A DNA stretch of 31,924 nucleotides from Eledone cirrhosa. Lineage: Eukaryota. The notes beneath the pieces are model-generated. The model saw only the letters and a program-made list of their open reading frames with translations, was not told the origin of the DNA and ran no database searches. Each line of letters begins with the position of its first letter. Position 1 is the first letter of the stretch. Where the stretch lies: the NCBI GenBank assembly GCA_964016885.1, contig CAXHJY010001312.1:1-31924 (forward strand). The letters run 5' to 3'. Below, piece after piece: positions 1 to 21,821 of this stretch. Both the position numbers and the translations under genes were made by a program.

Positions 1-369
1 CTCATATATACGCCGTCTTCAGAAATAATTATTTCTGAAGACGGCGTATATATGAGTTAGGTATGTATATTTAATCTTGATAATTTGTATAATTTTGTAT
101 AATTTTGTACATAGATCTGTTAAATATGCATACCAATTATAACACATATATACCCTAGAAACGATCGTTAAATAGTGAACTTTTTTTGTTTAATATAAGG
201 AATTGTTTGTTCATTATTTGTTTAATATTTTATCTTGACTCTGTATACCGTTTATCTTTCACGAAAGTGGATTTTCATTACATCTCTTCTTTCCATGATA
301 TCCGGAATACATTGAGTTCTTCATACGGATTGGACACTACCGTAAACTCTTGGTAGATTTATCTACATA
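1..369 (+). mobile_element. Short PLE-A-family 3' fragment (29-369, sense on +) joined head-to-head to an inverted copy (1-28, continuing out of the window)
   Basis: Reverse complement of ~20510-20850 with several variants. Perfect palindrome 1-56 centred on 28/29. Ends in TA repeat. Confidence 0.9.
28..176 (+). ncRNA. Hammerhead motif in the PLE-A fragment
   Basis: ATTATTT-CTGAAGA (35-41) ... GAAA (158-161) C-GATC-G-TT-AAATAGT. Confidence 0.7.
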
Positions 370-483
370 TATATAAATATATATATATATAATATATAAA
401 TATATATATATATATATAAATATATATATATAAATATATAAATATATATATATATAAATATATATATCTAAATATATATATAA

Positions 484-532
<49 letters not shown>

Positions 533-553
533 TATATATAAATATATATATAA

Positions 554-588
<35 letters not shown>

Positions 589-873
589 AATATATATATA
601 AATATATATATATAAATATATATATAAATATATATATAATATATATAAATATATATATAAATATATATATAAATATATATATAAATATATATATAATATA
701 TATAAAATATATATATAAATATATATATAAATATATATATAATATATATAAATATATATATAAATATATATATAAATATATATATAAATATATATATATA
801 AATATATATATAAATATATATATAAATATATATATATAAATATATAAATATATATATAAATATATATATATAA

Positions 874-942
<69 letters not shown>

Positions 943-1001
943 AATATATATATAAATAAATATATATATATATATATATAAATATATATATATAATAAAT
1001 A

Positions 1002-1043
<42 letters not shown>

Positions 1044-1149
1044 AATATATAATATATATATATAATTTATATAAAATAAATATATATATATATATAAATA
1101 TATATATATAAATAAATATATATATATATATAAAATATATATATATAAA

Positions 1150-1196
<47 letters not shown>

Positions 1197-1224
1197 TATA
1201 TATATATAAATATATATATATATA

Positions 1225-1264
<40 letters not shown>

Positions 1265-1280
1265 AATATATATATATATA

Positions 1281-1337
<57 letters not shown>

Positions 1338-1394
1338 ATATATATATATATATATTATATAATATATATATATATATATATATAAATATATATA
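370..1394. repeat. (TA)n microsatellite array with TAAA interruptions
   Basis: Seen directly. Confidence 0.97.
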
Positions 1395-1540
1395 TAAGTA
1401 TGCATGTATACGTACATACATATATGTATACAGACGTACAGTATGCATATGTATGTATATATGTATTTATATATATATATATGTGCATGCTTACTGTACG
1501 TCTGTATACATATATGTATGTACGTATACATGCATACTTA
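1395..1540. repeat. Perfect 49-bp inverted repeat (1395-1443 / 1492-1540) inside a ~200-bp non-TA island (to ~1600)
   Basis: TAAGTATGCATGTATACGTAC...GACGTACAGTA and its exact reverse complement, 48-nt spacer. Confidence 0.85.
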
Positions 1541-1599
1541 CATTTAAGTAAGTGCCATACTAAGAGTGAGAAATGAAATTTCGTTTTCATTTTGTTTCA

Positions 1600-4860
<3,261 letters not shown>

Positions 4861-4863
<3 letters not shown>

Positions 4864-5475
4864 GTATTAGTTATACTATTTATGGTTATGTAAACACAAA
4901 ACCTTAAGCAGTTGTAAGTATTTTACACACACCCTAAATAGTGGTAGGCAGTAATGTATTACTACCTTATTACCAGTAAGTTAAGTAGCTCAATGTAAAA
5001 ACATCAGCTGATTTACAGAGCAGTTATATGAAATATAAGAATCAAAGAACTGTTCAAAACATTATTGTGCTTACAGCTGTTTCCTCCAAACCGAGGTTTG
5101 GATTCTTCGGAGCAATTTATTAATGCATGGACAGTTATATGACCTCCTTTTCAGCCGAGGGACATACCAATACATATTCAAACATTGATACATATTCAAA
5201 CATTGTGGGTCAACATTCATTACAAAATTTATTAATATAAATGTAATCTCGAAGTGTGTACTGCCACTCTAAATTTTGTAATGAATGTTGACCCACAATG
5301 TTTGAATATGTATCAATGTTTGAATATGTATTGGTATGTCCCTCGGCTGAAAAGGAGGTCATATAACTGTCCATGCATTAATAAATTGCTCCGAAGAATC
5401 CAAACCTCGGTTTGGAGGAAACAGCTGTAAGCACAATAATGTTTTGAACAGTTCTTTGATTCTTATATTTCATAT

Positions 5476-5476
<1 letters not shown>
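4861..5476. mobile_element. Short inverted PLE-B insertion: minus arm 4861-5231, plus arm 5230-5476, with two hammerhead copies (5064-5117 minus, 5384-5437 plus)
   Basis: 4861-5231 is the reverse complement of 24948-25318. 5230-5476 matches 24908-25154. 207-bp inverted arms (5025-5231 / 5270-5476). TA repeat on both sides. Confidence 0.92.
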
Positions 5477-8607
<3,131 letters not shown>

Positions 8608-8846
8608 ATAAAATATTAAACAAATAATGAACAAACAATTCCTTATATTAAACAAAAAAAGTTCACTATTTAACGATCGTTTCTAGGGTATATATGTGTT
8701 ATAATTGGTATGCATATTCAACAGATCTATGTACAAAATTATACAAAATTATACAAATTATCAAGATTAAATATACATACCTAACACATATATACGCCGT
8801 CTTCAGAAATAATCTACCGTAAACTCTTGGTAGATTTATCTACATA
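8608..8846. mobile_element. Short inverted PLE-A-family insertion: minus arm 8608-8813 (includes hammerhead 8665-8813), plus arm 8814-8846
   Basis: 8608-8813 matches 13779-13983. 8814-8844 is the reverse complement of 13644-13674. TA repeat on both sides. Confidence 0.9.
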
Positions 8847-13640
<4,794 letters not shown>

Positions 13641-13643
13641 TTG

Positions 13644-14748
13644 TGTAGATAAATCTACCAAGAGTTTACGGTAGTGTCCAATCCGTATGAAGAACTCAAT
13701 GTATTCCGGATATCATGGAAAGAAAAGATGTAATGAAAAATCACTTTCGGTGAAAGATAAACGGTATACAGAGTCAAGATAAAATATTAAACAAATAATG
13801 AATAAACAATTCCTTATATTAAACAAAAAAAGTTCATTATTTAACGATCGTTTCTAGGATATATATGTGTTAGAATTGGTATGCATATTCAACAGATCTA
13901 TGTACAAAATTATACAAAATTATACAAATTATCAAGATTAAATATACATACCAACACATATATACGCCGTCTTCAGAAATAATGAAGTATATTTATTGAT
14001 AATAACAATAATTCAAAATTTCAGGTCCGTTTGGGAACAAAATTGACCAATGAAAACACAAAGGGTTAAATGCAGTTCGGTGTGTGCATATACATGTAAA
14101 ACCCTTACACATATTTCATACTCACACTTATCCGTACAATCACACATACACGCGCGTATATGCATAAATATACACATAACCACGAACATACAAACACACA
14201 CACACCCCCACTCACATTTATATATGTGGATATAAAATCATAAGCACATGGATATTAATTCACTCACATAAAACACTGGCACACACATTTTTAGATCAAG
14301 ATACAGAAATTAGGTGGGAGGGGGGGGGGGGAGGTCAGTATTCAACGGTCTGAGCAGACTGCCTAATATAGATGTATCTATAAACTAAGAAAATAAAAAA
14401 TAAATAAACATTAAAGAGGAAAGAATAGAAAGAAAAAAGAAAAAAGAAAAAAGAAAAAAGAAAAAAGAAATATATCAAGAAAATATATATATATATATAT
14501 ATACATATATATACACACATATATACATATACATATATATATATATATATATACACACACATATATATATATAATATACATATATATACACACATAGACA
14601 CACACACACACATACATAAATATACACACATATACAAACACATACATACATATACACACATCCACACTAAGAACATACATACACACACATATATAAACAT
14701 ATACATATACACACATACATACATATACACATATACGTACAAATACAC

Positions 14749-14780
<32 letters not shown>

Positions 14781-15404
14781 GTATATACACGTACATATAC
14801 ACACACATATACATATAATCACACATACTATATAGACGCACATATATATAACCACACCCATACATGCACATATACAACACTTACATACTAATATACATAC
14901 AGATAAACACATACATAGCTATATATACACACAAATATATACAGACTTACATATATACATACAGACAAATACTTACGCATCTATATATCGGTATATACAT
15001 ACAAACACCACTATACTATCACACAACTTAGAAATACAAAGAGAAAGGTATATACCTATACACACATACATATACAAATAGAAAAACATATAGATATATA
15101 TATATATATATATACACACAGATATATATATACACATATATATATATATAACATATATATATATATATACATACACATACATATACACATACACACACAT
15201 ACACATATACACACATACATACATGTACACACACATAGAAATATATACGCATACACACATACACACATACATATAAAGTCATACACACACAAACACCTAC
15301 ACGAACATACACATACACATATATAAAGATATATATACACACACACACACACAACACACATACACATATATATAAAAAAAATAAATAATAAAGATATATA
15401 AATA

Positions 15405-15462
<58 letters not shown>

Positions 15463-15817
15463 CACATACATATACATACACATACATACACACATACATA
15501 GACGTACATGTACATACATACACGTACATCGATATACATACATATATATATACACACATAGACACATACATACATACACACACAACTTACATACATACAT
15601 ATATATACATGTATATTCATACATAGAATTAGATATATAATCATACATACATATGCACTTACTTATACTCATATATACAAATACATACGCATCCATATAT
15701 GCGTATATACATAAAAATGCCACTACAACCTCACCTAACTCAGACATACAAATAAAAATAAAAAGGCATATGTATATACATATATACACGCATTAATAGA
15801 GACATATATATACATAC

Positions 15818-15848
<31 letters not shown>

Positions 15849-16132
15849 TATATACACATACACACATACATTCATATATATATATATATAGATACCCACA
15901 CACACATACCACCATAAATACACATACAAACACCCACATATACATATATATACACACGTATATATATATATATATATACACACACATAAAAAACAGACAT
16001 GCACATATATATATATTTTTTTACACTTATATATACACATATTATATACACATACACAACCTCACATATACACACATACACATAAGTTATATTATAATAA
16101 TAAAAAAATAATATATATATATATATATATAT

Positions 16133-16163
<31 letters not shown>

Positions 16164-16231
16164 CATATAGACATACACATACATATATACACACATACGA
16201 AATATAGACATATAATCACACATAGACACCC

Positions 16232-16266
<35 letters not shown>

Positions 16267-16614
16267 TACATATACACAGACACATATACACACTCACATA
16301 TATATGTGTGTGCACACACACATATATACATACATACACATATATACACATAAACACATATATGTGCATACATGCACACACACACACATATATCACATAG
16401 ATACGAAGATAGACATATAAATAGAGAGACATACATATATATACTACACACATACACACACATACATACAGACACACATACATATACATATATATATACA
16501 TATATATATATCTCTATATATACATATATACATATATATATACATATACATACATACATATACATACACATATACATATACACATTCACATACACATACA
16601 TATATACATGCATA
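13644..16614 (-). repeat. PLE-A pseudo-LTR, downstream copy
   Basis: Near-identical to 20512-23661 apart from a 149-bp indel, repeat-run length changes and a few substitutions. Confidence 0.9.
13833..13986 (-). ncRNA. Type I hammerhead ribozyme motif (PLE-A) with very long stem II
   Basis: Minus strand: UUCAUUAUUU-CUGAAGA-[~115 nt hairpin]-GAAA-C-GAUC-G-UU^AAAUAAUGAA. 10-bp stem I and minimal stem III with palindromic loop GAUC. Predicted cleavage after 13843. Confidence 0.75.
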
Positions 16615-16770
16615 TATACACATATATACATATATACACACACTCATATATACATACACAATCTTACATTCATATTTGCATGCGCATATATGTATTTTTA
16701 TATTCAGATATAAATACCCAAACCTATATAGACACCTACCTACATATATATTCATACATACACGCTTACA
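14484..16770. repeat. Compound CA/TA low-complexity tract inside the PLE-A 3' UTR (second copy ~21486-23661)
   Basis: Mixed CA, TA and CATA runs, colinear between the two pseudo-LTR copies. Confidence 0.9.
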
Positions 16771-17006
16771 AATACAGATGATAATAGTATGGGGGAAAGG
16801 GGGGGTTTGGAGAAGGGGATCATAGTAAATATATGTTTCAAGAAACATAGAATATTTTCCGTATCCTGATCTAATGTATGTTTTTACATAGTTTCAGTGT
16901 TAGGAAATACAACAAACAAGAACTAAGGCAAAATCTATGCATCTCAAAATAAACAAGTATACCATTAATTACATGTTAACTAAACCAAAGATAGTTAACA
17001 TATTGA

Positions 17007-17975
17007 TTTCTAAGGTGTAAATTAGTTAGGTTTATAATATTTGAAGCAGAATTTTGAAGTTAAATAGTAGTAGAGTATTAATTATAGTATAACTAAATTA
17101 AAGTTAATAACGTTATGGTATCAATATTAGGAAATGAATTTAGTAATAGGGAAAAAAACAAATAAAATAAAGTATTACATCAGTAGTAGAATATAAATTA
17201 TAGGTTAACTAAATTAAAAATTATATATTTATTTCTATAGTATATGTTAATTAGGTATATAATACATAAAACAGATATTGTATTTTATCAATAGCATAAT
17301 ATAATTATATGCAAATAGACATCAAAATTAATACACATACATATACATATACATACACATACACATATACATATACATACACATATATATATATATACAC
17401 ATATATACACATATACATACACACACACATACACATACACCTATACATATACATATCTTTTTCAAAAAATTGCATAGAATATATTAACTAGGTATATATC
17501 CAAAACACATCCCATTCTATGATTACATGACTTTCTGCAATTCGTCTGTATAAGGATACTAATTTTAAGCAAATTAAAATTAAATTTTTAGGTTGATTAA
17601 AATTAAAACCAAATTATAAATATATTTCTAAAATGTATATTAATTAGGTCTATAATACTAAGAATTATTTCTCTGTCATTGGATACACGATATTATTTTG
17701 TTATATTTTATCTGTAAAAGAATTATAATAAAAGGTTTAAATAAAAATTAATCTATAAATTAAATTACTAAGTATATATTAGTAATATTTAAAGGTTTTT
17801 CACAATTTATGATTACATAATATTTTATATTCTCATCTGTAATAAAATTTTAATTAAATTAAATTTATAGGTTAAATAACATTTAAATTAAATTAATTTC
17901 TAAAATAATGTTATTAATTAGGTTTATAATATTTAAATGTTTTTTTTAGTTTATGATTACACGATATAATTAATT
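17007..17975 (-). repeat. Degenerate repeats related to the last codons and stop region of the PLE-A ORF
   Basis: TTAATTAGG-like core at 17022, 17247, 17484, 17640 and 17914, usually preceded by ATTTCTA. ATGATTACA recurs at 17519, 17809 and 17953. Confidence 0.7.
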
Positions 17976-20355
17976 CCTGTCGTTTATTTAATAAGATATC
18001 CTTAGACTTCATTATTTCAAATAGTTCTTGGGAACATAATCTACATTCATTTCTATTATTTTGATAAGGGGTGGCTCTTTTGAGCACACTCCAGGTCAAA
18101 TCATATTCTATATTCTTATTTTTATAACTATTGATTTTTTCTGCTAGAGATGTTGTATTAGCCAGTGCGGCATTTTTAAAACTATTCTTGTGGGTATTAA
18201 ACCTTGTCTTAAAATTGTTAGAGGTAGCTCCTATATATGAGCAAATAGAATCTTTAGTTTTAACATTACATTTATAGACTATGTTGTTAACAAGACAATT
18301 CCCTTTTAATGGGCAGTTTGCTTTGTTTCTACAGTTACATCCTTTCGTTAATTCTGTATTTGAGGAGATATTATGGTTAATTTGATGTACTGGTGGTATA
18401 CTTATGGTTTTCTTACATTTATATGCATTATAGGCACTTATATTTTGTTTTATGTTATTTGTTGTAGAGTATGAGAATTTAACTGTAGACCTATTTAAGA
18501 TTTGATGGTATTTGTGGTTTGGCGGGAAGTTTTTCTCAAGGATATAAAAAAATTTTTTAGCAATATTATCCTTAACTTGTAAATTAAAAGGAGCATTATA
18601 CCAAGTAACCCGTCTATTACGGTTTCTATGTTGTTTATTATTTTTATTATTTTTATAGGTTGTATCGTGATTTTTACTAGGAGGATTAATGTTAATGATC
18701 TCACCACAACTATTTTTAGTTATATTTGTAGATTTAGGTGTTTTATCCTTTTTATTAGGAGTTTTATTATTAATATTTATTAGAGTTGTATGATGAGTAG
18801 TTTTTTGAGAGTTACTATACTTTATATTAGAAGATTTGGTATTTTGGGGTATAGTGTGGGTGGCATTTAGGTGTGTACTTTTCATTTGGTGTTTGTTGGT
18901 AATATTATGTTGTATGCTTTCAGTATTTTTAGTAGAAGGTATATACTCTAATCTATTTTTGTGGCCACTTCTATCTAGAGCTTCGTTATAGAAGGTCGCA
19001 TTTTTATCAAATACATCTTGGTTAGAAGAAAGGTTAGAAATTCTAAGTGATATATTATATGCAAGGTTTTTAAGGATAGATTTAGGGTGATTAGATTGTG
19101 AGTGTATGTAATGTAAGTTTTGGTTAGGTTTATGGTAAGGTTGGTAGATACCCGTAGCTAAATCTAAAGTTATATCTAGGAAATTTACTACTTTACTTGT
19201 TTTTTCAAAAGTAATATTAAGATTATAATAGTCTTTAAGGAAAGTTCTAATATGTTTTTTGTTTTTTTCAATTTCTGAAAGGCTAAGGTTGTTAGAAAGA
19301 AGAAGACAGTCATCACAATATAAACCACCTTTAAGGTGGGGAAAAGAGGCATTTATGTTGAAAAGGAGAAAGAGGCCCACAAGATCAGTAATTTGGGCGG
19401 AATCGCTTGAACCCATAGTAATATCAAAAAGATTACTATATGTGTTTCTGGTCCAGTATTCATTCTGAAATTCAATAAGTGTTAGTCTAGCATGTGTAAT
19501 AATATTAATGTCATCCAAAGTTAAGTTAGATCTATTTTTAGCAAATATCAATGCTTTGTTCAGGAGTATAGGTGATATAGAAGAATAGTAATTATCTATA
19601 TCAAATTGTAGGAATGAAGCAGAAGATTTACACCTAATATTTTTAAACCAGTTAATTACCTGGGAGGTGTTTTCCCAGAGTGGTAAAATAACGTGTTTTC
19701 TTATTTGTGGGATGACTCTATCTAAAATTTTTTTGCTAATTATTCCAATATCTGATTTGGAGGGACATATAAGTCTAATAGAAGGATTTGAGTTAAAGTT
19801 AGATTTGTGATCCTTCAGGTTGAAGTGTGGTCTTTTCAATGCCAAAGGTTCAGTTCTATCTTCAATGTTTAGTTTTTTTACTATGTTGTGTGTTTTGTTG
19901 TTGATGTTGGTGAGTGACACATTATTAGATTTTTTATAATTTTTTCTGAGTTCTTTATATATGAACTCGTTATAATGTTCAATATCCATATGATACAAGT
20001 TACCAGTTTTGTCCGAGTGGACATGGATTTTTTTAGACTTTTTTAGGTCCAATAGGGTAGAATCAAGGTCCTTTTGAAAGACGGATTTATACTTTTTAAA
20101 TTTGAGGTGTTTAATTAAATTAAAAAGGTCTTTCTCGAAGTCTTCAAGTAAAAAGTTGTGTGGTGGATTCTTGTAAGTATTGAAATCATACATATATTTC
20201 CGATCTGCTTGTTTAGATTTTCTATCGAAGTGGTAGGCTCTCCATCTAACCCTTCTGATAAAATTATTAGTTTTCTGAATCATAAGGAGTAAGAAGTCAT
20301 CCTTAGAAGGTATTGGTATGTTTTTTAAGGAGGTTCCTAAATATTGTTTTTCCAT
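17914..20355 (-). CDS. PLE-A polyprotein: reverse transcriptase plus C-terminal GIY-YIG endonuclease (~813 aa from the first ATG; the track ORF starts at TTG 20376)
   Basis: N-terminal KNIPIP, RVRWR and DKT motifs. RT motifs LQFDIDNYY, ITMGSSDSAQ, GLYCDD, VNFLDITL. Thumb SNHP. Linker CNCRNKANC. Endonuclease IVYKC..SYIG..FKTRFNTH, CRLC..E, LN, CNH. Confidence 0.95.
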   Translation of the reverse strand: MEKQYLGTSLKNIPIPSKDDFLLLMIQKTNNFIRRVRWRAYHFDRKSKQADRKYMYDFNTYKNPPHNFLLEDFEKDLFNLIKHLKFKKYKSVFQKDLDSTLLDLKKSKKIHVHSDKTGNLYHMDIEHYNEFIYKELRKNYKKSNNVSLTNINNKTHNIVKKLNIEDRTEPLALKRPHFNLKDHKSNFNSNPSIRLICPSKSDIGIISKKILDRVIPQIRKHVILPLWENTSQVINWFKNIRCKSSASFLQFDIDNYYSSISPILLNKALIFAKNRSNLTLDDINIITHARLTLIEFQNEYWTRNTYSNLFDITMGSSDSAQITDLVGLFLLFNINASFPHLKGGLYCDDCLLLSNNLSLSEIEKNKKHIRTFLKDYYNLNITFEKTSKVVNFLDITLDLATGIYQPYHKPNQNLHYIHSQSNHPKSILKNLAYNISLRISNLSSNQDVFDKNATFYNEALDRSGHKNRLEYIPSTKNTESIQHNITNKHQMKSTHLNATHTIPQNTKSSNIKYSNSQKTTHHTTLININNKTPNKKDKTPKSTNITKNSCGEIININPPSKNHDTTYKNNKNNKQHRNRNRRVTWYNAPFNLQVKDNIAKKFFYILEKNFPPNHKYHQILNRSTVKFSYSTTNNIKQNISAYNAYKCKKTISIPPVHQINHNISSNTELTKGCNCRNKANCPLKGNCLVNNIVYKCNVKTKDSICSYIGATSNNFKTRFNTHKNSFKNAALANTTSLAEKINSYKNKNIEYDLTWSVLKRATPYQNNRNECRLCSQELFEIMKSKDILLNKRQELIISCNHKLKKTFKYYKPN

Positions 20356-20511
20356 TGTGATATGGATGATGGACAATTGAAAGAGCTCAACTAAATGTAT
20401 ATGGGTTTACAAAGTCATACATATATATATATGTATATACATAAATATAAAATTAATACACACATACAGTACAAAAATACGAATATTTCCGTGAAAATAG
20501 GAGCAAAATTA

Positions 20512-21749
20512 TGTAGATAAATCTACCAAGAGTTTACGGTAGTGTCCAATCCGTATGAAGAACTCAATGTATTCCGGATATCATGGAAAGAAGAGATGTA
20601 ATGAAAAATCACTTTCGGTGAAAGATAAACGGTATACAGAGTCAAGATAAAATATTAAACAAATAATGAATAAACAATTCCTTATATTAAACAAAAAAAG
20701 TTCATTATTTAACGATCGTTTCTAGGATATATATGTGTTAGAATTGGTATGCATATTCAACAGATCTATGTACAAAATTATACAAAATTATACAAATTAT
20801 CAAGATTAAATATACATACCAACACATATATACGCCGTCTTCAGAAATAATGAAGTATATTTATTGATAATAACAATAATTCAAAATTTCAGGTCCGTTT
20901 GGGAACAAAATTGACCAATGAAAACACAAAGGGTTAAATGCAGTTCGGTGTGTGCATATACATGTAAAACCCTTACACATATTTTACAAAAATGTATGTA
21001 TAATTTGTATACGCATACTAAAAGGATGGATGCAAATACAAAATTTCAAGGTTAATGTCTCTGTAAGTTTATAATGTACAGATAAGATGCGTATTGACAC
21101 AAGTGTGAAATTAAGTATATAAATATATTTTTTCATACTCACACTTATCCGTACAATCACACATACACGCGCGTATATGCATAAATATACACATAACCAC
21201 GAACATACAAACACACACACACCCCCACTCACATTTATATATGTGGATATAAAATCATAAGCACATGGATATTAATTCACTCACATAAAACACTGGCACA
21301 CACATTTTTAGATCAAGATACAGAAATTAGGTGGGAGGGGGGGGGGAGAGGTCAGTATTCAACGGTCTGAGCAGACTGCCTAATATAGATGTATCTATAA
21401 ACTAAGAAAATAAAAAATAAATAAACATTAAAGAGGAAAGAATAGAAAGAAAAAAGAAAAAAGAAAAAAGAAATATATCAAGAAAATATATATATATATA
21501 TATATATACATATATATACACACATATATACATATACATATATATATATATATATATACACACACATATATATATATAATATACATATATATACACACAT
21601 AGACACACACACACACATACATAAATATACACACATATACAAACACATACATACATATACACACATCCACACTAAGAACATACATACACACACATATATA
21701 AACATATACATATACACACATACATACATATACACATATACGTACAAAT

Positions 21750-21821
<72 letters not shown>

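Noticed and set aside
14313-14334. G runs here and at 16791-16818 as G-quadruplexes
   Set aside because: They are antisense to the element RNA, vary in length between copies and have no further support.
14013-17491. C/V/Y/M- and H/T-rich ORFs, also at 20984-23700 and 29957-31913
   Set aside because: Translations of CA/TA microsatellites.
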